A stretch of 64,000 nucleotides of DNA, taken from Mobula birostris (taxonomy: Eukaryota). The position numbers were made by a program, and so were the translations under genes. How positions within the stretch are numbered: the first letter of the stretch is position 1; each line of letters starts with the position of its first letter. This document shows, piece after piece, positions 38,734-50,268 of the stretch. The stretch lies in assembly GCF_030028105.1 (NCBI RefSeq), contig NC_092380.1, positions 56,603,717-56,667,716 of the forward strand, in the 5' to 3' direction. The notes under the pieces are model-generated. The model was not told the DNA's origin and searched no databases. It was given only the letters and a program-made list of their open reading frames with translations.

Positions 38734-40213
38734 TCAGTGTATCCTCCCGGGGGCCGGACTGGTCGCCCCCAAGTCGTCCCCATTATCTGAAAGAGTACTA
38801 CCATCCATAACCCCATCCTTAGGGTCTTCGGGCCTGTCCTCAGGACCAAAAATTTCCCTTATTACTTGGTCAAGTTCCTGCGGTTCAGTGTCAGCTTCTT
38901 GTTCCTCTTGTCTGTCCCCTACTGTTTGTTCCTCTTCACCACTTACCTCGGGTGGCCCACCTGATTGTACCTGCGGGACTGCTCTAGTGCAGTGAGTGAG
39001 ATGATACCAGGTGGAGCGTCCTTCCACTTGAACTACAGTGGGTGATGCTTTGGTTACTATAAAGGGCCGTTCCCTTCTGGGTTCGTTCCACTTTCTTCGA
39101 AACGCTCGCACATAGACCTGATCACCTGGCTTGATTGGTCCTTCCCCTCGATCGATCTCTGGCTCTTTCTGTTTTTCCTGTGCATAAATAGACTTATGTA
39201 TCATAGTTAATTGCTGCATGTATTGTTTTAATTCCACTTCCAATTGTTCCAAACTAGGCCCTTTATATGGTCCTCTCCACTGGGGCACTGGCATGGGCCT
39301 TCTGGTTAGCATTTCATGCGGTGTTAGACACGTCATCCGATTAGTCTGCATGCGGTAACTCATTAACGCTAACGGTAGTGCATCGACCCAATTGAGTTTA
39401 GTATCTGCACAGATTTTGTTTAGTTTTTAAGGTCCCGTTAATTCTTTCCACCATACCCTGCGACTGAGGGTGATACACACATCCAAATCTCTGCTTTATT
39501 CTCAGTGCTCGCAGAACTAACTTGACCACTTTTTGAATGAAAGCTGAACCATTGTCTGAGCTCATTTCTGTCGGTATCCCAAACCTTGGGATCACTTCGT
39601 TTGTCAGGAATTTCACCACTGTTCCTGCCCCTTGATCTTTCGAGGGTACTGCCTCTACCCATCTGCTGAATCTGTCGATTACCATCAACATGTATCTTTT
39701 CCCTCTTACTGTTTTTATCATGTCTACATAGTCAATCACTGGGTGTTTAAATGGCCCTTCAGGTACGGGTATATGACCTATTGGGGTTGTAATTCCTTTC
39801 CGAACATTATTCTGCGCGCATACCTCGCACTGTGACAACACATGGTCTACTGAAGCCTGTAAATAAGGCGACCAAAATCCATCCTTTTTTATTTTTCTTA
39901 TTACTTCCCCCCCCCCCTTGCACAATGATCCATCCCATGTGCTTCTGAGATCAGGATAGTCAGTAAAGGGGTGGGAGCTACCAGTAGGCCATCTTCCGTG
40001 GTCCATAGGCCTTCTGGGTTCTGCTTGGCCCCCCTTCGTCTCCACAGAGTTTGTTCTGCCAAAGTTGCCTTTCCCTGTATCTTAATTAGGTTCTCTACCA
40101 TAGGTTCCGGCTCTAGACTTACCTGGGGTGCGATAACAGCGGATGTACACCCAGACGCTTTCCTGGCTGCTTCATCTGCAGCTTGATTTCCCTTTGTTAC
40201 TGCATCATTTCCT
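38734..40213 (-). pseudogene. pol: ERV pol 3' part: RNase H tail plus integrase, frameshifted
   Basis: TKGNQAADEAARKAS; AHGMDH...CEVC zinc finger; IDYVD / SSDNG / QSQGMVER DDE triad; frameshifts near 39910 (homopolymer run) and ~39420. Confidence 0.93.
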
Positions 40214-40719
40214 CCTCGGTATCCCAGACTTTAATTTCTCCATTTAGATCCACTCTTCCTGTTATCATCGGACACGGCTTAAGGGTTTTTCTCTCGTAAT
40301 AGGGAGGAGGTTTTTCTACGTCTTTCAGGTCTGGGTATAGAGCCGAAGCCGACTCCCTGTTATGCTTTTCCTTTTCTTTATCAGCCTGCTCGTTTCGTTT
40401 CTCAGTGTCTTTTTTTACTTACTATTAATATACCTCCCGTCTTTCTTAATCTTTCTCCTTCCATCCTAAAGAGTTTTAACACTTCCATTTCTTGTTCCCT
40501 TTTTCCTTCTCTTTTCTTAGATTTATCTTTGGGTTTGTGATTTTTAATTAGCGCTTCCATTTCCTCACATAAGCTTACATCAAATGTTCCTTCTCTTGGC
40601 CATTTCGTGACCAGTTCTTTAGTTCTTTTTTCCCATTTTTCTGAAATTTCCGCGATCTTACCTTGACACACCGGGAATTTTCTGCTCAATATTTCTACTG
40701 CCGTTCCTTTCTCTGTCAT
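40214..40719 (-). pseudogene. gag: ERV gag 5' part (matrix-like region and late domains), truncated by deletion
   Basis: MTEKGTAVEIL..KWPREGTFD; after a frameshift, LYPDL (40326-40340) and PPPYY (40296-40310). Confidence 0.8.
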
Positions 40720-40923
40720 GTTGTTCTTTTTTTCCTTTTTCTAGTATGGTATTTTTAGAATCTCACTACTTGCCTATTTAATAGCACTATTTTTCTAACT
40801 CTATTTCTATGCCTAGCCTTATGGTTTATCTCACCCACGTCTGAATTATCTATCAAACTATCTTTGTCTCTTACTACATTCTGCCCGTGCAGACCCCTAC
40901 TTAGGGTGGTATCCACAGAACCT

Positions 40924-41108
40924 TTTACACCTCGCCTATGCAGACCCTTACACTTCTTAAGGCAGTATTCATGAGGATTTTTAATTTGCACATCGCCTAT
41001 GCAGACCCTTACACTTCTTAAGGCGGTATTCACGAGGATTTTTAATTTACACCTCGCCTATGCAGACCCTTACACTTCTTAAGGCGGTATTCAGGAGGAT
41101 TTTTAATT
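40924..41108. repeat. Three tandem 61-bp repeats in the ERV 5' leader
   Basis: cacctcgcctatgcagacccttacacttcttaaggcrgtattcangaggatttttaattt x3, with degenerate partial copies on both sides. Confidence 0.92.
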
Positions 41109-41493
41109 CTCCTTCCCTGCCTGTTCAGACCTTCGTTTCGTGCGAAGCGGTATCCACAGGGACTTACCAACACCACGTGGAATTTTCTTACTTAACTTGT
41201 TATTACTTCATTCGTACTTACCCCCGCTGCAGTGTTCTTGATTAATCCTCTGAGCCTCCTTTTATCCCCGATTCTCCCAGATTCTTTGGATCGGAGAGAC
41301 CTTCCGGCAGTTGCTTCACACTTCTGAGTCCCCGAGACCCCCAAAACCAACAGAATTCTTAGTCCGAATTATCGCAAAAAGCGCTCACTTTTTTCTTTGG
41401 GTGCACCCTTAATTCTGTTAGCCCCGTGAGGGTCCCCGAGGGACCGGGAAGCGTCCCAATCTGCCGTTCCCTTCCTCGCGGGTCTCTATCTGA

Positions 41494-41511
41494 ATCCTGT
41501 TCGTGACGCCA
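41494..41511 (-). promoter_or_regulatory. ERV primer-binding site, complementary to the tRNA-Ser(CGA) 3' end
   Basis: TGGCGTCACGAACAGGAT, 4 nt after the 5' LTR; + strand GAATCCTGTTCGTGACGCCA matches my recollection of a vertebrate tRNA-Ser-CGA 3' end plus CCA. Confidence 0.85.
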
Positions 41512-41515
41512 ATTT

Positions 41516-42110
41516 TGTCGTGGTTTCTCGTTTCTTACAAACAACAAGGAGACGCAGAAAATCCTTCAAGACGTTTTAAACTTTAATTTGCAAATCAAAG
41601 CTGAGACAATCAGAAAGCTAGTAGCTGACTGCCCATCAAGGCTTGTACACAGCATTCTTTATAGCAATCTCCTATCTTAGCTACATTATCATATCCAGAC
41701 GGCCTGTGCTCACACATCATCAATACATCCGCTCTCGACCTTGCACTATTGTTTACTCCCCAATTTAATTATGTCCTAGTTTACTTTTTAGACCAGGTGT
41801 CTCCTCATCCCTAACCACAGTTATTTCTTAATTAGTCTTGTTGTGACATACTACCACATATTTCATTACCTTACTCGCCACCGTTATCTTTCTACTTGGT
41901 TTCATTCTAGTTCTCTCCCTGAATTAATAGTGATTAGGTCAAAAGTCATGGCTACATAGTGAATACCCTCTATTCAGCTAGCAGTGGTTACATAGTAAAT
42001 ATAGAAAATATAATGTGTGCATTTGAGTAAATACTGAAATACTGTTGAGTAAATATTGTAAATACTGTAATACATAGAAAATACAATGTATGCGTTTGCA
42101 TTTTCCAATA
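41516..42110 (-). repeat. ERV 5' LTR (595 bp)
   Basis: Adjacent to the PBS; ~99% identical to 36366-36961; followed by TSD GAAG. Confidence 0.95.
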
Positions 42111-42544
42111 GAAGCAGTTGAGATAGTATTGAGAACCTTGAGTTTATGCAGATGACCTGCATTCAAGCACATCTCTTCACATCCACCTGAAGGCCCCTTC
42201 TGCTTCATCTTTGGAAGTACACTGTTCCCACATTAGCCTCAGCAGTTACCTCGGAACACCCATGAAGTGAACCTGAGGGGCTGCCTAAAAATAGGAGAAT
42301 TAAAAACTCATTTGCTCTTGTCACCAATGTAAGGTTGGGAAAGTAATGCAGCATTTTGCCATTAACCCGTACCCTCGTGACCTCAATAACCAGTGCAAAA
42401 TTTAAGATCATAATCAAGTTTCATTTTGGTCAACATGAACTGATACCGATCCTACTCTTTGTTGCATCTCCTGCTCTACACCAAGCTGTTGTTTCCTTAT
42501 GGGCACCATGCTTCTGGTTTGTAGGCCGAGGCAAAGGTATCACC

Positions 42545-43548
42545 ATTTAGGAGGGAGATTGACAATCTGGCTGAGTGGTGCCATGAGAACTGAATGTCAG
42601 CAAGACCAAGGAGCTGATCATTGACTTCAGGAGGAGGAAACCAGAGGTCCATGAGCCAGTCCTCATCAGGAGATTGGAGGTGGAGAGGGCCAAATTCCTC
42701 AGTGTTGTCATTTCAAAGGACCTGCCCTAGGCCCAGCACGTAAGTGCAATTACGAAGAAAGCAGGGCAGCACCTCTGCTTCTTCTGGAATTTGCAAAGAT
42801 TCAGCATGACACCTAAGACTTTGACAAACTTGTATAGATGTGTGGTGGAGAGTATATTGACTGGCTGCAACAATGCCCTTGGATGGAAAATCTGACAAAC
42901 TGTAGTGGATACAGCCCAGTCCATCACGGGTAAAGCCCTCCCCACCATTGAGCACATCTACACAAAGTGTTGTCTCAGGAAAGCAATATTCATCATCAGG
43001 GACCCCCACCACCCACGTCATGCCCTCTTCTCTCTGCTGCCTTCAGGAAGATCAGAATTGGGTTTAATATCACCAGCATATGCTCTGAAATGTGTTGTCT
43101 TTGCAGCAGCAGTACAACATAATACATAATAATAGAAGAAACTTACAAAAAAGGTACAGGAGCCTCAGGACGCACACCACTAGGTTCAGGTACCATTGTT
43201 AACCCTCAACCATCACACTGTTTAACCAAAGGAGATAACTTCATTCAACTTCATTTGCCCAATCATTAAAATGTTCCCACAACCTATGGACTCACTTTCA
43301 AGGACTCTTCAACTCATGTTCGATATTTATTGCTTATCTATTCACGATTTTTTTTCTTTCTTTCTGTATTTGCAGTTTGTTGTCTTTTACACAATGGTCG
43401 ACACTCAAGTTGGTCCGGTGTTTCATTGATTTTATTATGGTTATTGGATTTATTGAGAATGCCCACAAGAAAATGAATCTCGGGGTTGTATATTGGTGAC
43501 ATGTATATACTTCGATAATAAATTTATTTTGAACCTTGAACTTTGAAC
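42545..43548 (+). mobile_element. Rex1/Babar LINE fragment
   Basis: NVSKTKELIIDFRR and DTAQSITGKALPTIEHIY..HHPRHALFSLLPSGR; tail ttgaaccttgaactttgaac. Confidence 0.8.
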
Positions 43549-44777
43549 TCATCTTTCCTTTATTGGAGTCACTCCAGCTGTCATCCTATTGAATGTTTTC
43601 CCTTTTGTTCTTTATTCACCATCTCTCAGCTACTGTATTCTCCTTCTTCATCTCTCTCTGTTTTGTAATCTTACACAGATGAAAAAGTTATGGTTTGCAG
43701 CTATAACTTTGTTTTAGTTTTAACAGTTGTACAAATGTAACCCTCTCTCCGGGGCTCATACACAAAAATGGCTCATTAGCTAATTCTGGTAATGATAATC
43801 TTTAACACGAGGTGAATATTTTTTGTCTTTTATAAGCCCAGTGGATCTTGGTGAAATCGTGAAGAGGCAATAAATCAGCTTCAAGGATAAGATAAATTTA
43901 GACAAAGCATGAAATAAAACACACCTTTTTGATTTAGTTTTATGTCACTTCTCAATATTTTCTTAAATTGCTTAATTGTTGTGAATGCTTCTTTGAAGTT
44001 GAAAATACTATATTCAACTTGTTTAGTATATTGTATATACTATACAAGGTGCTTTGGATGTAAGTTGCAGTTTTTGCTGAATAAGGGTCAATTTTGCATT
44101 GACAACAGGCCTGCTTGGAACTAATTTGATAGCGTCCAGATTCACCTCATAGGACAAAATGGCCAGCAGATGATCCCTAGAAAGGCATCATCCAGACAGG
44201 TTGTAGTGCACAACGCTGGGGGAGTACTGGAGTGCCAGCAGTCCGATCTTTTAGCTAGACTTCTTGAGCGGTATTAAGTGAATTCCCAATCTCTAATATG
44301 AGAACAAGGAAATTTCATGACTGTCATGGCAAACATTAATTAACTGTTGATTCTGGGATCTGGTTTGAAAGTTAACTACTGTACTTCCAACTTTGTTACA
44401 GTAATTACATTTCAAATGCAGTTTTTAGTCTTTTTTTCTCAAGTATCATTTGTGTACCTAATCTGATAAGTCTCACCTGTCTTGTCTTACTTCCATGATT
44501 ATATATGATAGCATCGCAATCCTGCTTTTTAGTTTGCAATATTACGCTGTGCATCAATGCCTTTAGTTTTGAGAGGAACAACTCACTATAATTCTGTTGG
44601 ACTAGACAGATGTAAAATGAACTAATTAGCGAACATGTTTATTAACTTATGACTTTTCTTACTTTCTCAATTTTGTGTAGTGCAGCCTGTTCTTGAGGGA
44701 GGATCATTGTGCAAAGCACCAAATGTCTGCCTGGCGTGTTGAAACATGCACCTTGCACAGCTGAGCTATGGTAGAAG

Positions 44778-45021
44778 ATGGCGAAATTATTGCTTGGGGA
44801 GGCAGACAAAGACAGCACTGCAGAAGTGTACTTGGCAGACAACAGACTGAACTTAGACGTATTTCCAAATGGCACCAGAAAATTTTTGGTGCTATGCAAT
44901 ACTCACAGGAAGGAGCTACAACAGGTTGAGTTTCTACGGCTAAACTGCAATGAAGAGGAGATCGGTCCATCACTGACATTCGTTCCTGAACTAAGGAGGC
45001 TGAAATCACTTGTGCTTAAAG
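44778..45021 (+). CDS. PIDD1: PIDD1 first coding exon (acceptor at 44680 or 44685)
   Basis: MAKLLLGEADKDSTAEVYLADNRLNLDVFPNG...LQQVEFLRL...LRRLKSLVLK|G, matching the PIDD1 N-terminal motifs; in-frame stop upstream; phase-1 GTATTG donor. Confidence 0.92.
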
Positions 45022-45465
45022 GTATTGCAACTGGGTTTACTTGTGAGGTCAATTAATACCTTGATTCCCCTTTTTGTCATTATTATTTTGTATTTGCATT
45101 TCATTTTCTGAATATAAATGAGTTTGGCTATAGAGTATTTCGCTAACATTTTAATTTCTAAATTATAATTTGGGTATTTTTATTTTTATGTGATTATGAA
45201 TAATCAGTGGTGTGAATACTACATGTTTTTAATTATTGCAAAGTAATAAATGTTATTTATATTATATAGAGCATTGTGCACATCTGCATGTATGGGTGAG
45301 TGATTTTTGCTGTCAGGATGTATGTGTACTGCTGTAAGTCTGTTATCTCTATGGGCAGTAATGGATATAATTATATTTCGGTAATTCCTGGACAATAAGA
45401 TAGTGCGATCCACCTGGATATTTACATCCATTGAAATATTGATATTTGTTAAATGTAATCACCAG

Positions 45466-45879
45466 GTGGTCACCTCAGGGATGAATATGGTGCATGTAAG
45501 CATGGTCTGTTGGCGACTTTGCCTGTGAACTTTGGACATTTCCAGTGCTTGAGTCATTTGGATCTGAGTTTCAACCGCTTCGTCTCTTTGCCTGAATGTC
45601 TGACGGAATTGAAGGAACTCACTGTGCTCCTGCTAAGCCACAACCAACTGGCTGCACTGCCCAACAGCATTGGGAAGCTGGTAAAACTGTCTTTTCTGTC
45701 CCTGATGAAAAATCAGCTGAGGGTGTTGCCTGGAAGCATTGGTGAACTTGTAGCACTTAAGAGAGTGGACTTATCTGAGAATAAACTGGAACAGCTTCCT
45801 GATGAGATCGGAAAACTGAGTAGCTGTACCTGGATAGACTTTTCAGGGAATCGATTGAAAACTCTGCCGTCCACACTCA
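45466..45879 (+). CDS. PIDD1: PIDD1 LRR exon (414 nt)
   Basis: GGHLRDEYGACKHGLLATLP..LSHLDLSFNRF..LLLSHNQL..VDLSENKLEQLPDEIGKL; cag acceptor, GTGAGT donor, frame preserved. Confidence 0.95.
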
Positions 45880-46357
45880 GTGAGTTAATTGAACAAGTCT
45901 GATTACGTGTTTATAGATGTAACTTGATTTTAGGATTGTCTCATTAATGTAAGATCATTAAGAACATTATGGGTTAAGGATCTGTGAAAATGTTGAGATA
46001 AAAATGAGCTAAAATGTTTGAATTAAATTTTTATTACAGACTACTATATTTGCAATGCCACTACTAATACACATTTGGCCTATGTAACATCTTTCATAGA
46101 CAAGATAGTGTTAGACAAATCAATGCTTTGAGCAGATCATTTATGGTTAGAACTGGCACCTAAATGACGGGTTAGAAGCTTCATTAATACTTTTCGTGTT
46201 CTGCATAACACTGCATTTTGAGTTATTTTTGGTTTGCTTTAATTTTTAAGATTTTGGTACAAGATTAGATAAGTTTAGATGTTGATGTATCGTGATAACA
46301 ATAAATTTTTTAAAAAGCACTTATATATGATACAAGTCTTGATTTGCCTGCTTGCAG

Positions 46358-46561
46358 CAAACATGGCGTCCCTTGGGGAATTACATCTACACAGCAATCA
46401 ACTCATAACGGTTCCAGCTGAGCTTGCTTACATCCCCAACTTGTCAAGACTTGACCTGCAAAACAATTGCCTACGCTCTGTGCCCCCTGAGATCCAGAAC
46501 TTCCCCTTTGTGCATTTGAAGGGCAATCCAATAGGGGAGGCAGAAGGCCCTGAAGAACAAG
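46358..46561 (+). CDS. PIDD1: PIDD1 LRR exon (204 nt)
   Basis: NMASLGELHLHSNQLITVPAELAYIPNLSRLDLQNNCLRSVPPEIQNFPFVHLKGNPIGEA; tgcag acceptor, GTACTG donor. Confidence 0.95.
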
Positions 46562-48468
46562 GTACTGCATCGATAGACTGTAGTTTATTTCACTGACTGC
46601 AGCAAAAGCATGCTCTAGAAATGTTGTTGCATGTTCATAAACTGAACAAAGCTTAATAATGTCTCTTTTGGGTTAAGAGACATTCTGTAATGTGGAATTT
46701 GCAGCTCTTGTTCCTGTCGAGCTTAAATTGCTTCTTCTCAGAAATTTTTTGGAATTAATGTTTGCAAATATTGCCTTGAAACCTCTTGGTTCCTCTCTCC
46801 TATAGCCCAGCTTCACCCTTTTTGTTTGTGGTTTAATTACAAGAGGCGGGAAGTACCACTTGCTCATCTCTGACGGTAAACTCCCTGGAATTGTTGGTTT
46901 TGTTTGTCCTTTGCTCCAAACCTCAAGACTGTTCATAATGTTCAGTAGAATCTGTTAGCACAACAGAAACCACGGTTCAGAGCAGCAACCCTTCCGCTCA
47001 TTATGTTTACAAGTCACCGATTTAGGTTTCCGAACATGACCGTGATTCTCAGGCCAAACCTCTGGCATGTCGAATAGCGGCCCATTCCCACAAAGAACCA
47101 AAGCCTGCGTGTAACTCCAGGTCAGGGTCTTCAAAAGAACCCCTGAAAGAGAAAAATAGAGATATTAGAGATAGAAATAGAGCTGTGTCCGAAGATGCAA
47201 ACAAAGGAGTCGCCGTTAGGTGCCGTCATTCCTCCTAAGCTTATTTTTATATAATTTATTTGTATCATCTTTGTCTTTCATCTCAATAGGAAACTCTAAA
47301 GCGAACATCTATCGTCAATGCCTCAAGCACGCAGCTAGAATTAGACTTGCAAGTAAAACTTGTACAAACACTAGTGTACTAGCCCCTATCCACTTCACTG
47401 CCTTTTAAGAAGAATACAATTTTATCATCAGATCTTTTTCCGGGACTGTTAATGACCACTCACTCCCTTGCTTATCAAGTATCAGTCTTTCTCTGCCTTA
47501 AAAATTATTCGTTGATTCTAATTCCAGTGCCCTTTGAAGAAAAGAGCTTCAAAGACTCATGACCCTCAGAGAAAAAAAATCATAATATCGCTCTTAAATC
47601 TGTGATCCCTATTAGAATGCCCTAGTTCTAGATTACCCCACTAAAAGAAACATACCCTTCGCGCTTTCAAAATCCTTCAAGATCTAATATTCCATTCCCC
47701 TGGATTTTCTAATCTTCAACGGATATGAGCTGAGACTACCCAGTTATTGCTCATAAGACAGCCTGACCATTCCAGATATCAGTTTGGCAAACTTTTTCTG
47801 AACTGTTGGCAATGCATTTCTGATATAAGGAAACAGTATTACAGAAGTGGTTTCATTATTGTGCTATATACAGTACCTATAAAAAGTGTTCACCCCCTCT
47901 GGAAGTTTTCATGTTGTATTGTTGTTCAACATTGAATCACAGTGGATTTAATTTGGCATTTTTTTGACACTAATCAACAGAAAGGTCACTTTTGTGTCAA
48001 AGTGAAAACAAATTTCTACAAATTAATCTAAATTTATTGCAGTTATTAAACACAGAATAATTACTCACCCCCTTCAAGTCAGTAATTAGTAGGTGCACCT
48101 TTGTCAGCAATTACAGCCTCGAATCTGTGTGGATAGGTCTCTATCAGCTTTACACACCTGGACACTGCAATGTTTCCCCGTTCTTCTTTACAAAACTGCT
48201 CTAGCTCCGTCAGATTGCATGGGGATTTTGAATGAACAGCCCTTTTCAAGTCCAGACACATATTCTCAATTGGATTGAGGTCTGCATTCTGATTTGGTCA
48301 CTCCAGGACATTGACTTTGTTGTTTTTAAGCCATTCCTGTGTAGCTTTGGCTTTATGCTTGGGGTCATTGTCTTGCTGGAAAACAATTCTTCCTCCAAGA
48401 AGCAGTCTCTTGCAGACTACATCAGGTTTTCTACCAGGATTTCCCTGTATTTTGCTGCATTCATTTTA

Positions 48469-50013
48469 ACCATATATAACCATATAACAACTACAGCACG
48501 GAAACAGGCCATCTCGGCCCTTCTAGTCCGTGCCGAACTCTTACTCTCACCTAGTCCCACCGACCTGCACTCAGCCCATAACCCTCCATTCCTTTCCTGT
48601 CCATATAGCTGTCCAATTTAACTTTAAACAACAACATCGATCCTGCCTCAACCACTTCTGCTGGAAGCTCATTCCACACAGCTACCACTCTCTGAGTAAA
48701 GAAGCTTCCCCTCATGTTACCCCTAAACTTTTGCCCTTTAACTCTCAACTCATGTCCTCTTGTTTGAATCTCTCCCACTCTCAATGGAAAAAGCCTATCC
48801 ACATCAACTCTATCTATCCCCCTCATAATTTTAAATACCTCTATCAAGTCCCCCCTCAACCTTCTATGCTCCAAAGAATAAAGACCCAACTTGTTCAACC
48901 TTTCTCTGTAACTTAGGTAATGAAACCCAGGTAACGTTCTAGTAAATCTTCTCTGTACTCCCTCTATTTTGTTGACATCTTTCCTACAATTCAATGACCA
49001 GAACTGTACACAATACTCCAAATTTGGCCTCACCAATGCCTTGTACAATTTCAACATTACATCCCAACTCCTATACTCAATGCTGTGACTTATAAAGGCC
49101 ATCATACCAAAAGCTTTCTTCACCACCCTATCCACTTGAGATTCCACCTTCAGTGAACTATGCACCATTATTCCTAGATCCCTCTGTTCTACTGCATTCT
49201 TCAATGCCCTACCATTTACCATGTATGTCCTATTTTGATTAGCCCTACAAAAAAGTAGCACCTCGCATTTATCAGCATTAAACTCCATCTGCCATCTTTC
49301 AGCCCACTCTTCTAACTGGCCTAAATCTCTCTGCAAGCTTTGAAAACGTACTTCATTATCCACAACTCCACCTATCTTAGTATCATCTGCATACTTACTC
49401 ATCCAATTTACCACACCTTCATCCAAATCATTACTGTATATGACAAATAACATTGGACCCAGTACAGATCCCTGAGGCACACCACTAGTCACCGGCCTCC
49501 AATCTGACAAAGAGTTATCTACCACCACTCTCTGGTGTCTCCCATCCAGCCACTGCTGAATCCATTTTACTACTTCAATATCAATACCTAACGATTGAAC
49601 CTTCCTAACCAACCTTCCGTGTGGGACCTTGCCAAAGGCCTTACTGAAGTCCATATAAACAACATACACTGCTTTACCCTCATCAATTTTCCTAGTAGCC
49701 TCTTCAAAAAATTCAATAAGGTTTGTCAAACATGACCTTCCATGCACAAATCCATGTTGACTGTTCCTAATCAGACCCTGTCTATCCAGATAATTATATA
49801 TACCATCTAAGAATACTTTCCATCAATTTACCCACCATTGACATCAAACTCACAGGCCGATAATTGCTAGGTTTACTCTTAGAACCCTTTTTAAACAATG
49901 GAACAACATGAGCAATACGCCAATCCTCCGGCACCATCCCCGTTTTTAATGACATTTGAAATATTTCTGTCAGAGCCCCTGCTATTTCCACACTAACTTC
50001 CCTCAAGGTCCTT
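48469..50013 (-). mobile_element. CR1 LINE, 5'-truncated, relatively young
   Basis: 398-aa RT ORF (GRSCLTNLIEFFE..DFSKAF..GVPQGSVLGP..KYADDTK..VRPNLEYCVQFW); tatatggt-type tail; 6-bp TSD ATTTTA (48463-48468 and 50014-50019). Confidence 0.93.
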
Positions 50014-50268
50014 ATTTTACCCTCTACCTTCACAAGCCTTCCAGGGTCTGCGGCAGTGAAACATCCCACGCAACATGATGCAGCCATCACCATACCTCAT
50101 GGTAGGGATGGTGAGTTTTTGATGATGCACGGTGTTTGGTTTATGCCAAACAGTGTTTAGTCTGATGGCTAAAAGCTCAATTTTGGTTTCATCAGGCCGT
50201 ATAACCTTCTTCCAGCTGACCTTAGAGTCTCGCACATACCTTCTGGCAAACTAGCTGAGGTTTCATGT

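Larger units (their letters stand above)
36366..42110 (-). mobile_element. Endogenous retrovirus (gamma/epsilon-like, fish-ERV type), internally deleted provirus, 5745 bp
   Basis: Paired LTRs, 4-bp TSD GAAG (36362-36365 and 42111-42114), PBS, PPT, gag 5' part, integrase and gamma-type env. Confidence 0.96.

Noticed and set aside
40924-41108. CRISPR-like appearance of the regular repeats
   Set aside because: The units are head-to-tail with no unique spacers, lie inside a retroviral leader, and the DNA is eukaryotic with no cas genes
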